From Salinispira sp. (lineage in GTDB: Bacteria; Spirochaetota; Spirochaetia; DSM-27196; Salinispiraceae), in assembly GCA_965226555.1 (NCBI GenBank), contig CBDDDG010000014.1, positions 128,001 through 192,000 on the forward strand: DNA of 64,000 nucleotides. Reading direction: 5' to 3'. Within the stretch, counting starts at the first letter, position 1, and each line of letters starts with the position of its first letter. Below are positions 29,833 through 39,618 of this stretch, one piece after another. Position numbers and translations under genes: made by a program. A model generated the notes under the pieces. It worked only from the letters and a program-made list of their open reading frames with translations, was not told where the DNA came from and made no database searches.

Positions 29833-30828
29833 TTATGGCCGAGCCCGGGTCGTCATGTTGTAGGCATAGAGTTTATCATTATTGTAATCTGACACCCACA
29901 TTGTGTCTCCATTAGACCAAATCCCAGCGGGAAATTCAATTCCGGCGGCAGACAGATCGTCAAAATCCTTTGACGCATCGCGCTCCGTGCTGCTCATGTT
30001 GTAGGCGTATATTTTTCGTTCGTAACTATCTATTACCCACAGTGTTGTCCCGTCCGACCAGAGATCTACGGGGTTACCATTTCCGGCGGCTAACAACGTG
30101 TCAAAATCTTTTGAGGCATCGCGGGCCTTGGTTGTCATGTCGTAGGCATAAAGTTTTCCATCCTCATTATCCGACACCCACATTGTGTCTCCATTAGACC
30201 AGAGCCCAGCGGGAAAATCATTTTCGTTGTCCAGTGTGTTAAAATCCTTTGAGGCATCGCGGGCCTTGGTATTCATGTTATAGGCATAGATTTTGTCATC
30301 GACACTATCTGTTACCCACATTGTGTCTCCGTTAGACCATAAGCCATAGGAGTAACTATTTCCGGCGGCTAACAGCGTGTCGAAATCCTTTGCTGCGTCG
30401 CGGGCCTTGGTTTTCATGTTGTATGCGTAGATTTTTATCTTATCCCAATCTACTATCCACAATGTTGTCCCATTAGACCATAAGCCGTAGGGGCTATTCC
30501 CGGCAGCTTTTAGCGTGGTAAAATCGTCCCGGTGATCCTCATCGGAATTATACCCGTCTGCGTCATAACCGCTTGCGTCATAACCGCCCGGATCATAGCC
30601 GTTTTTGTCATAGCCGTCCGCATCAAACCCGTTTTTGTCATAGCCGTCCGGGTTGTAGCGCGTGCCGGTGTCTTGATGAATGCCGGCATCATTAAAGCCG
30701 TTTGCATCGTACATTTCACAGGCCGTGAGAATTAATATTAGGGTAAACATGAAAAAGAGCCCTCTCAGCAACTGCGGGCTGAGAAAGCGCTTCCTGCTTT
30801 CCTTATCTTTATTATCAGAAATCTGCAT
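29833..30828 (-). CDS. Lipoprotein with GYDxx pentapeptide repeats and five ~47-aa propeller-like repeats
   Basis: GGAGG RBS; LTAC lipobox; repeats GLWSNGDTMWV.D....KIYAYNM.TKARDASKDF.TL. Confidence 0.88.
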   Translation of the reverse strand: MQISDNKDKESRKRFLSPQLLRGLFFMFTLILILTACEMYDANGFNDAGIHQDTGTRYNPDGYDKNGFDADGYDKNGYDPGGYDASGYDADGYNSDEDHRDDFTTLKAAGNSPYGLWSNGTTLWIVDWDKIKIYAYNMKTKARDAAKDFDTLLAAGNSYSYGLWSNGDTMWVTDSVDDKIYAYNMNTKARDASKDFNTLDNENDFPAGLWSNGDTMWVSDNEDGKLYAYDMTTKARDASKDFDTLLAAGNGNPVDLWSDGTTLWVIDSYERKIYAYNMSSTERDASKDFDDLSAAGIEFPAGIWSNGDTMWVSDYNNDKLYAYNMTTRARP

Positions 30829-30857
30829 ACATTCCTCCATGCAAAATATAGTTAAGA

Positions 30858-30909
30858 GAAACTTTTGCATTGAAAAATTGCTTGCACAATTTCCAGTAAC
30901 AAAACTTTC
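30858..30909. repeat. Solo hairpin module
   Basis: gaaacttttgcattgaaaaattgcttgcacaatttccagtaacaaaactttc. Confidence 0.85.
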
Positions 30910-31057
30910 TGAAAACAGTTTAATCAATAATTTTACAAAGCGTCAACTATGTAGGAGAAACTTTTTTCGAAAATAAAAATCGGCGCGTTTATGGTTGAAT
31001 TGGCCATGTATTTATAGGGGGGTATTGACGTTTACGCAGGGATCGGATTAAATTGTA

Positions 31058-31130
31058 GAAACTTTTGCATTGGGAAATTGTGCTTGAATTCACCCATTTG
31101 GGATAATTTGGGATAATTTGGGATAATTTG
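31058..31130. repeat. Half hairpin module ending at TTGAATTCACC, followed by (atttgggata)x3
   Basis: Direct reading. Confidence 0.75.
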
Positions 31131-31218
31131 TATTGCATATTCTCAATACAGGGTATATACTGCTTACTAAATTGTTATAGAAATTTTTAAGCCATTACGA
31201 AATTGGAGAATATTACCA

Positions 31219-33696
31219 ATGAATGTTCAGAAACAAACAAGCATTATTGCTGCCGTTCTTTTTATTTTCATGCTCATACTTGCTGCCTGCCCCTCAGCCT
31301 TTGTCTACATTCCCAATAAAGACGACCGCATTCCCCCCAACGCCTTCGACAACAATGTTGAGCGCGCGAAGAAGCCGCAATGGTTTGTCCGCAAACTCGG
31401 CAGCAACGACCCATGGGGCTCCCCGGGAACAAGCATAAAAGTAAGTTTCCCCCACGATGTGGAACTTATTGCGCGGTCAGATACTCCCGGCGCAGTCATA
31501 CACTATGAATCTGGCGAATCATTTGCAAAAATTCCCCCATTCAGCAATAAGAGCGAGAACAGCGCCACAAGAAATGAAGACAACCCGCTCACACTTTCAG
31601 GCAGCTTCAGCACCCGCGCATACAGTGCTGCCGTCGAGGCGCCGCTTATTCATCCCTCCGGCAACAGCTACCTGATAGTAACCCTCTATCCCGACAGGGC
31701 CCCGACGCCCTTATTTGACACTTCACCCGGTAACTACGACCAGCAATCGCTCAAAATTTTATTTACCACTCCAGGTTCCGGTATTTACTACAACATTGTG
31801 ATCTCCCCGGAGGATACCAACAAAAACGGTAAACTTGACCCCGAGGAATTTATTACCCCGAGCGGCAATGATGATAATGTTACAATTAATGTTTCTGATC
31901 CCGATCCTGAGAACTTCCCGAAGATTGATGATGATCCGCTTTCAGGCGTTATCGATTCTTCATTTGAGCCAGATGGAGGATACCAAAAGTATGCCGACAA
32001 TCCCATTCCCACCCTCATACGGGGTCAAACTGCCTGCATAAAGGCATATAGCGCGCCGGAAAAGTACCGTCCATCCTATCGTCCTCCTCTTGAAGAAGAC
32101 GGATCTCCAACCGGTATTTTGCAAGGATGCTTCAGCGTTGATGCCGCTGTTCCTGCCGCGCCCGCCGCTCCTACGCTCACAGTTGGAGATACCCAGCTCA
32201 CCGCAACATGGACTACGCCGAACAACAACGGCGGTAGCCCCATTACCGGGTATGAGCTGCAATATAAAGTGAGCACTGCAACCTCATGGACGCTTATTAC
32301 ATCCGGCATTACCGGTGCAAGCCATACCATTACGGAACTCACAAACGGCACCTCCTACGATGTGCGGGTGCGCGCGGTCAATGGAGCGGGCAACGGGCAA
32401 TGGTCGACACCCACAACGGGAATGCCGAGCATTCCCTTTGCGACACAGGTGCCGAAGGGTACGGACGCGACAGTAATCCTTTCGGCTAAAATCAATAACA
32501 TTATTACCGCTCAGAATCCAATCGTTTCTTTGACTACCGTGGAACAGGACACTCTCGTGGTTAGTGCATCAGGAGTCATTACGGTAACTGCCGCAACTGC
32601 CCCCGCAGGGGTTAGCATTCCGACAGTGAATGCGAATACCGGAGTTGTTACGGTTGCTGCTGCGGATACAACGGCAGGAACGTATGTGGTATACGGCAGT
32701 GTAACCGAAACAGGAGAAATACTCTTTGCCGAATATTTTTATGTTACCGTGAGTCCTCAACCTGTAACTGGAACTGCTGGTAGTCTTGATACTGATTGTG
32801 ATGGTATGGTTGATGGTGATGATGATTCTACGAAGACTGATGATGGTGGTAGGTGTAAACTGATCACAGATGTAATTGAGGGAATAAATAATTGGGGCGA
32901 TACTGCCGATCTCAACTACATTATTACCACGGCAGTAACGGATATGCGCGGGATGTTCCAGTACGCAAGCGCATTCAATGGCGATATCTCTCGCTGGGAT
33001 GTCAGCTCGGTAATGAATATGTCCGATATGTTTGAGCAAGCAAGCGTATTCAATGGCGATATCTCCGGCTGGGATGTCAGCAAGGTAACGAATATGTCCG
33101 ATATGTTCAATTACGCAAGCGCATTCAATGGCGATATCTCGGACTGGGATGTCAGCTCGGTAATGAATATGTCCTATATGTTTGATCAAGCATCCTTATT
33201 CAATGGCGATATCTCTCGCTGGAATGTCAGCAAGGTAACGAATATGATCGCTATGTTCAGGGGAGCAGACACATTCAATGGCGATATCTCGGACTGGATT
33301 GTCAGCAAGGTAACGAATATGTCAGGGATGTTCCGTGGCGCAAGCGCATTCACTGGCGATATCTCGGACTGGATTGTCAGCTCGGTAACGACTATGAGCC
33401 ATATGTTCCAGAGCGCAGACGCATTCAATGGCGATATCTCGGACTGGAATGTCAGCTCGGTAACGGATATGCAAAGTATGTTCCAGAGCGCAGACGCATT
33501 CAATGGCGATATCTCGGGCTGGGATGTCAGCTCGGTAACGAATATGTTGCAGATGTTCTATTTCGCAAACGCATTCAATCGCGATCTTGAGGAGTGGAAT
33601 GAACATTGGACGCTTAATTCCGCTGGCGAATATACCGGAATCAAATCAAATATGTTCAATGGTTCCGGCGTAACAACGCCGCCCTCATGGTATTAG
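31219..33696 (+). CDS. Surface lipoprotein: Fn3 plus DUF285 (BspA-like) 25-aa repeats
   Basis: LAAC lipobox; NGGSPITGY..VRVRAVN Fn3; FNGDISxWxVSxVTNMxxMF repeats; PSWY end. Confidence 0.93.
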   Translation: MNVQKQTSIIAAVLFIFMLILAACPSAFVYIPNKDDRIPPNAFDNNVERAKKPQWFVRKLGSNDPWGSPGTSIKVSFPHDVELIARSDTPGAVIHYESGESFAKIPPFSNKSENSATRNEDNPLTLSGSFSTRAYSAAVEAPLIHPSGNSYLIVTLYPDRAPTPLFDTSPGNYDQQSLKILFTTPGSGIYYNIVISPEDTNKNGKLDPEEFITPSGNDDNVTINVSDPDPENFPKIDDDPLSGVIDSSFEPDGGYQKYADNPIPTLIRGQTACIKAYSAPEKYRPSYRPPLEEDGSPTGILQGCFSVDAAVPAAPAAPTLTVGDTQLTATWTTPNNNGGSPITGYELQYKVSTATSWTLITSGITGASHTITELTNGTSYDVRVRAVNGAGNGQWSTPTTGMPSIPFATQVPKGTDATVILSAKINNIITAQNPIVSLTTVEQDTLVVSASGVITVTAATAPAGVSIPTVNANTGVVTVAAADTTAGTYVVYGSVTETGEILFAEYFYVTVSPQPVTGTAGSLDTDCDGMVDGDDDSTKTDDGGRCKLITDVIEGINNWGDTADLNYIITTAVTDMRGMFQYASAFNGDISRWDVSSVMNMSDMFEQASVFNGDISGWDVSKVTNMSDMFNYASAFNGDISDWDVSSVMNMSYMFDQASLFNGDISRWNVSKVTNMIAMFRGADTFNGDISDWIVSKVTNMSGMFRGASAFTGDISDWIVSSVTTMSHMFQSADAFNGDISDWNVSSVTDMQSMFQSADAFNGDISGWDVSSVTNMLQMFYFANAFNRDLEEWNEHWTLNSAGEYTGIKSNMFNGSGVTTPPSWY

Positions 33697-33769
33697 AAAC
33701 TTTATTAATGCAAAACTTTATATATCATCATTCTCAATAAGCTATGGAGGTAACAGGTGAATTTTATGA

Positions 33770-33798
33770 TTGACAAGTTTTTTGATCGCCAATATACT
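33770..33798 (+). promoter_or_regulatory. Sigma70 promoter (duplicated at 36007-36035)
   Basis: TTGACA-17 bp-TATACT. Confidence 0.75.
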
Positions 33799-33872
33799 GT
33801 TCATATGCTTATGAAACCGTTGCCATGCAGCGATTTCTCATTGAACCATTACCAGATCAAGGAGTATTACCA

Positions 33873-34220
33873 ATGAATCTTCGGAAAACACGAATTATTA
33901 CTGTTCTTTTTGTTTTTATGCTTATACTTGCGGCCTGCCCCTCAGCCCTTGTCGAAATCCCCGACATTAGGACCAGCGAGCCGACAGCTCCCATGCTCAC
34001 CGCCGGAGATCCCCCCGCTGTGCCGACAGCGCCGGGAACTCCAACATTCGCCGCGGGAGACGGTCAGCTTACTGTTTCATGGACTGCGCCGACCGACAAC
34101 GGCGGCAGTGCCATTACCGGGTATACATTGCGGTACGGAATCTGGAGTGATGGAACAACGATGTGGGTGGCGGATTCCCTATGTTGCAGGTCAAAGGGTT
34201 ATATACCCGAGGATATGTGA
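33873..34220 (+). pseudogene. Truncated chimeric Fn3 lipoprotein
   Basis: Near-identical to 36110 copy up to GYTLRY, then switches to GIWSDGTTMWVAD (propeller-repeat fragment). Confidence 0.8.
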
Positions 34221-34528
34221 AAATAAGAGAAAGTTTTGCCTGTGGTAAAATTTTCAGGAGAAAAAGTATCTACTAAATATTTTTTACAAAAGCATAGTGT
34301 TTATATGCAAATCGCAAAAAAATTATTTGCCGTACAACGGTCTCAAAATGTAAATCCATAATCCATTGGAATTTAAACATGTGAAACCCCCGCCTGCCCC
34401 ATCCCGAAAAAAAATAAATTTTTTTCAGAAAACATATTCAGAAATAGCATTTCTCCCGTTTGATATATATAGGAGGAATGTTTATGAAAAAATTCCCACT
34501 TCCACGGCAGCGAAAACAATGGGATGAA

Positions 34529-34659
34529 ACAAAAGTTTTGCCTCCGGCAAAACTTTCTACAAAATGCGAGAATGCTCAGCGCAGAAAAAGCATGCCAAAT
34601 TTGAAACTTTTGCTACTGGAAATTGTGCAAGCACAATTTTCCAATGCAAAAGTTTCAGA
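34529..34659 (+). mobile_element. Hairpin MITE-like element inserted in Rpn gene
   Basis: Paralog reads gggatgaatcccataaattt uninterrupted at 36731-36750. Confidence 0.88.
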
Positions 34660-35367
34660 ACACATAAATTTCTGTTTGCCGATGCGGAGTCCATACATCA
34701 ACTGCTGCAATTTATTAATGATGACTGGATACGGTATGTTCGCCCTGAGAACATTACCCTTATGAGCAACGAGTTCATCGAGAGAGTGCTCGGCAGAGAG
34801 CAGTCGAAGAATTTCAGGCGTAAAATATCGGACATTGTTGCGAAAGTTTCCTTCTGCTGCGGGAAAGAGAAGGAAGAGAAAATGGTGTATATTATTCTGG
34901 AGCATCAGTCATCTGTGGACTATGCCATGAGTGATCGCCTATTCGAATATACTAATATGCTCAAGCGACATATTCGAAATTCGAAAATGCGCCGACATCA
35001 TTGGGTATATCCCATTGTTCTGTACACAGGAGCGGGTAAATGGCCGGAAATAACTACCGAAGATGAGAACATCCCGAGTATATATCGCCAAATTTTCGAA
35101 TATCCTGTTATCGATGTGAGAGCGCTTGAGGAGGATAAAATACTCAATTCCAGCGGTCGCGTGGCTGCCTATTTTTATCTTTCGCGCTACGGAAAAAATT
35201 TGAATGATGATAATCGCGCTGAGTTCAAGAAACATCTTTTGAACATTCTCCAGCATGACGCGGGGAATAAGGCGAAGGAGTCCTTGCTCATTATGAGCGA
35301 TCTACTTTATAATACTCATGTATCAAAAGTCAATGTTAACAATCATACTATGGAGGAGGTAGTTAAT

Positions 35368-35724
35368 ATGATTACAAAAGAAGGGATAGAAATAGTACAC
35401 CCATGGCAATTGGACGTGTACAATGATCTTCAAGCCAAAGTCCACGCTGAGGTACAAGCCGAGATCAGGCAGAAACTGCAGGAAGGACTTCAGAAAGGAC
35501 TTCAGAAAGGACTTCAGGAAGGACTTCAGGAAGGTCGTCAGGAAGGACTTCAGGAAGGTCGTCAAGAAGGCGAAATGAAGGGGCATATGGAAGAGCGGAG
35601 AAAAAACGCCCGCAGTATGTTTTCCATAGGACTTTCAGCAGATGACGTTCAGAAGGTTACCGGGCTGAGCGATGAGGAAATGCGGACATTGCAGAATGGA
35701 GCGGGGAAGAACGGATCGCTCTAA
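35368..35724 (+). CDS. Putative RpnS-type C-terminal protein (118 aa)
   Basis: GGAGGAGG at 35352-35359, in-frame ATG 8 nt later. Confidence 0.6.
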   Translation: MITKEGIEIVHPWQLDVYNDLQAKVHAEVQAEIRQKLQEGLQKGLQKGLQEGLQEGRQEGLQEGRQEGEMKGHMEERRKNARSMFSIGLSADDVQKVTGLSDEEMRTLQNGAGKNGSL

Positions 35725-35840
35725 AATAAGAGAATGCTAAGCACATAGAAAGCATTCCTGACGGACGCATGGGCGAGCCGGATGCCCGGGCGAGCAGCGC
35801 GGAAGCGCGACCAGCCCCGGCGCTCAGCTCCGACCAGTCG
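35722..35840. repeat. Partial hairpin element (module 2 + GC module) at Rpn stop codon; repeated at 38779-38845
   Basis: taaaataagagaatgctaagcacatagaaagcattcctgacggacgcatgggcgagc. Confidence 0.85.
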
Positions 35841-36109
35841 CCTTGATCGAATGCTCCTGGGCATACCGAACCATCCGCAACCGCCAATCATACATCGAAG
35901 CCGCCTGATACTTCCGAGACTTGCGAACTTTTTACAAAAATTTCTCATTTTGTCATACACCATTCATATTTCAACAAGGACCTCGCGCGGAGCATGAATT
36001 TTATGATTGACAAGTTTTTTGATCGCCAATATACTGTTCATATGCTTATGAAACCGTTGCCATGCAGCGATTTCTCATTGAACCATTACCAGATCAAGGA
36101 GTATTACCA

Positions 36110-36625
36110 ATGAATCTTCGGAAAACACGAATTATTACTGTTCTTTTTGTTTTTATGCTTATACTTGCGGCCTGCCCCTCAGCCCTTGTCGAAATCCCCG
36201 ACATTAGGCCCAGCGAGCCGACAGCTCCCATGCTCACCGCCGGAGATCCCCCCGCAGTTCCCGCTGTGCCGACAGCGCCGGGAACTCCAACATTCGCCGC
36301 GGGAGACGGTCAGCTTACTGTTTCATGGACTGCGCCGACCGACAACGGCGGCAGTGCCATTACCGGGTATACATTGCGGTACACTGACAATTCCACGAAT
36401 GCGCACTTTCTTGTTGAGGGAATTACCAGCACAAGCTACACCATTACCGGACTAACAAACGGCAGAACCTACACCGTACTGGTGCGTGCCGTAAATGCGG
36501 AGGGTCAGAGTGAGTGGTCGGCTCCCTCAACAGCAATAGTGCTCGTGTCGGGTTTTGCAACACAGGTTCCCGCGGGAACAGCAGCCTCCATAAGCCCTTC
36601 GGCTGCCCCATCCCGAAAAAAATAA
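36110..36625 (+). pseudogene. Fn3 lipoprotein truncated where Rpn leader begins
   Basis: LAAC lipobox, one Fn3, FATQVPAGT linker as in DUF285 genes, then abrupt switch near 36603. Confidence 0.8.
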
Positions 36626-37401
36626 ATTTTTTTCAGAAAACATATTCAGAAATAGCATTTCTCCCGTTTGATATATATATAGGAGGAATGTTTATGAAAA
36701 AATTCCCACTTCCACGGCAGCGAAAACAATGGGATGAATCCCATAAATTTCTGTTTGGCGATGCGGAGTCCATATATCAACTGCTGCAATTTATTAATGA
36801 TGACTGGATACGGTATGTTCGCCCTGAGAACATTACCCTTATGAGCAACGAGTTCATCGAGAGAGTGCTCGGCAGAGAGCAGTCGAAGAATTTCAGGCGT
36901 AAAATATCGGACATTGTTGCGAAAGTTTCCTTCTGCTGCGGGAAAGAGAAGGAAGAGAAAATGGTGTATATTATTCTGGAGCATCAGTCATCTGTGGACT
37001 ATGCCATGAGTGATCGCCTATTCGAATATACTAATATGCTCAAGCGACATATTCGAAATTCGAAAATGCGCCGACATCATTGGGTATATCCCATTGTTCT
37101 GTACACAGGAGCGGGTAAATGGCCGGAAATAACTACCGAAGATGAGAACATCCCGAGTATATATCGCCAAATTTTCGAATATCCTGTTATCGATGTGAGA
37201 GCGCTTGAGGAGGATAAAATACTCAATTCCAGCGGTCGCGTGGCTGCCTATTTTTATCTTTCGCGCTACGGAAAAAATTTGAATGATGATAATCGCGCTG
37301 AGTTCAAGAAACATCTTTTGAACATTCTCCAGCATGACGCGGGGAATAAGGCGAAGGAGTCCTTGCTCATTATGAGCGATCTACTTTATAATACTCATGT
37401 A

Positions 37402-38396
37402 AGCCCGTGTGAGGGTTTTAACCGCATAAATGTCTAAATTCTAACCATGAATTGCAATGCTTTTTACACAAATACACTGCCATAGTGTGAGCGAGGAGTT
37501 TTCTCCATAATCGGGATGTGAAATGCCATATATCCCGCGCCCGTATTTTTTGAATATGAAATCGTTCTGATAACTGGCTGATAACCGTTTCAATTATTCT
37601 TCGGGTATTCATCATCCAGCTCATCTGCTCAGGGCTGTGTATCTGTTTCATATTTTTTCTCACGGGTGTTTCAAGTGCGATATTGTGTTCCGCAAAGAAC
37701 GGCGCTTTGCCAATGTATCCCTTATCGCCTAAAAGCATTCCCTGCATACTGTTACAGAAATCTTCCGCCGCTTCTCTCTCATCGACATTCGCGGGGGTAA
37801 GAGTATAGTCGATAATCAGCCCATCGGCGGTTATCAGAATATGTCCCTTAAACCCATAATAATGCATGTTTTTTGCCGCGCAAAATCCATACGATGCCTG
37901 ACTTTTGAATAGTCTGCAACGATTCGCTCTGCGGAAATTACACAGGGGCAGAGGAAATCCGTCAACGCAATAGACCGGAGCACTCTGTGAGATCAATGTT
38001 TGCGTGATGTATTTGTGAAGTTCCTGTTTAATCCGCCAGAGATGCGCTGATTGACGGACATAGGCCGTCCGATGTCCAATATGTGGAAAGAGAGTTCTCC
38101 AATGCTCGACAAAATACCGATGAATACCTTTGTCGGTATCAATACCGAAAAACTCACCAACAATTCCCATGGTTAACACCTCATCATCGCCAAGTTTTGG
38201 TTTCGGCCCGCGTGATCGCAACCGTTCCATACTATTTTTATTCATTTTCATCCAATCACTTATCATACAGAACATTTCTATGATAAAATCCTCTCTGAGC
38301 ACCTTTCCCTCCCGTTTGGTGTAAGGTTTTTTTAATACTTTACGGGAATAGGTGCTCTTTTTTCAAGCCACTACACAAAAAACCCTCACACGGGCT
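37402..38396 (-). mobile_element. IS982-family insertion sequence, 995 bp
   Basis: 18-bp terminal IRs AGCCCGTGTGAGGGTTTT; 6-bp TSD CATGTA. Confidence 0.95.
37418..38302 (-). CDS. IS982-family DDE transposase
   Basis: VDGFPLP, YYGFKGH, TPANVDER, LLGDKGY, RRIIETV. Confidence 0.93.
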   Translation of the reverse strand: MLREDFIIEMFCMISDWMKMNKNSMERLRSRGPKPKLGDDEVLTMGIVGEFFGIDTDKGIHRYFVEHWRTLFPHIGHRTAYVRQSAHLWRIKQELHKYITQTLISQSAPVYCVDGFPLPLCNFRRANRCRLFKSQASYGFCAAKNMHYYGFKGHILITADGLIIDYTLTPANVDEREAAEDFCNSMQGMLLGDKGYIGKAPFFAEHNIALETPVRKNMKQIHSPEQMSWMMNTRRIIETVISQLSERFHIQKIRARDIWHFTSRLWRKLLAHTMAVYLCKKHCNSWLEFRHLCG

Positions 38397-38845
38397 CATG
38401 TATCAAAAGTCAATGTTAACAATCATACTATGGAGGAGGTAGTTAATATGATTACAAAAGAAGGGATAGAAATAGTACACCCATGGCAATTGGACGTGTA
38501 CAATGATCTTCAAGCCAAAGTCCACGCTGAGGTACAAGCCGAGATCAGGCCAGAAACTGCAGGAAGGACTTCAGAAAGGACTTCAGAAAGGACTTCAGGA
38601 AGGACTTCAGGAAGGTCGTCAAGAAGGCGAAATGAAGGGGCATATGGAAGAGCGGAGAAAAAATGCCCGCGGTATGTTTTCCATAGGACTTTCAGCAGAT
38701 GACGTTCAGAAGGTTACCGGGCTGAGCGATGAGGAAATGCGGACATTGCAGAATGGAGCGGGGAAGAACGGATCGCTCTAAAATAAGAGAATGCTAAGCA
38801 CATAGAAAGCATTCCTGACGGACGCATGGGCGAGCCGGATGCCCG

Positions 38846-39523
38846 TTCAACAAATACCGCCACAGCGCTGCGCTGACCCTTTCCAATTATACAATCGCCT
38901 TCCCAATGTCCTTCCTCGACACGGGCGTCAACCTCCTTTGGGCGCTCACTAATTCCTTTCTTGCCAACGACATCAGGGTTCTTCTTACAATAAGCTCTCC
39001 GGTCGCAGCGTCTCTTCCGTTTCTTTCTCCGGGTCGGCAGCAGAACGCACCACTGACGATTTTTCGGTCGGTAACAATACTGGTAAATGGCTTCATGGCT
39101 TATCGATTGACCGGTAATATCAATACCAATGCGCCTCTGAGATTTGCTCGGGAGACCAGCTGCATTCAAGCTTTTCATGAACATAGTTCAGGACAATATC
39201 ATTTTTCAGATGCGTATACTGACCTTTGTTTTTCCGACGCTCCCGCGCCTTCCGCTGAGCCTGATGAGCTACATACCGCCCGTGATCATTCCGGTTACGG
39301 TTCACTTCGCGGTAAATGGTCGTATGGCAACACCCAATGGCCCGGGCTATCTCCCTGACGGGATATCCTTTTCGCAGATAATAGGCAATATCCTCTCGAT
39401 TATCCGTATCCAACTGATTATACTGTCTGTGCACCACCTTTTTGTCCTCCTCGTAGTGGTTTTTTCTTATACTCACTATATCTCAGAGGGCGGGGAGGTG
39501 GTGCACTTATGGTTGAATTCACC
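38846..39523 (-). mobile_element. IS30-family remnant (left IR, frameshifted and 3'-truncated transposase)
   Basis: HTH REIARAIG..TTIYREVNRN, WSPEQIS, ISERP, GHWEGDCIIG; IR GGTGAATTCAACCATAAGTGCACC. Confidence 0.88.
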
Positions 39524-39541
39524 CGGTGGTTTTTTTTGGGG

Positions 39542-39571
39542 TTGACAGGCATTTTCTGAATATGCTAATAT
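39542..39571 (+). promoter_or_regulatory. Sigma70-like promoter; same 23-mer at 44338
   Basis: ttgacaggcattttctgaatatg followed by ctaatat (or ttatgtat in second copy). Confidence 0.6.
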
Positions 39572-39618
39572 GCCGCGTTAGCTTATAGATAGGCATGCTG
39601 GCAGTGAGGAGTAACAAC

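Larger units (their letters stand above)
34484..35724 (+). pseudogene. Rpn-family nuclease (subfamily A) frameshifted by 131-bp hairpin element
   Basis: AGGAGG RBS; SDIVAKV, YIILEHQSSVD, PIVLYTG, (QEGL)n tail; insert absent from 36694 copy. Confidence 0.9.
36694..38781 (+). pseudogene. Rpn-family nuclease (subfamily A, second copy) split by IS982; extra C frameshift near 38550
   Basis: Near-identical to 34484-35724 on both sides of the IS. Confidence 0.92.

Noticed and set aside
32930..33600. 75-bp periodic repeats as CRISPR or DGR template/variable repeats (also 43370-44100)
   Set aside because: They are in-frame DUF285 coding repeats; no reverse transcriptase in the window and no obvious adenine-specific mismatch pattern.
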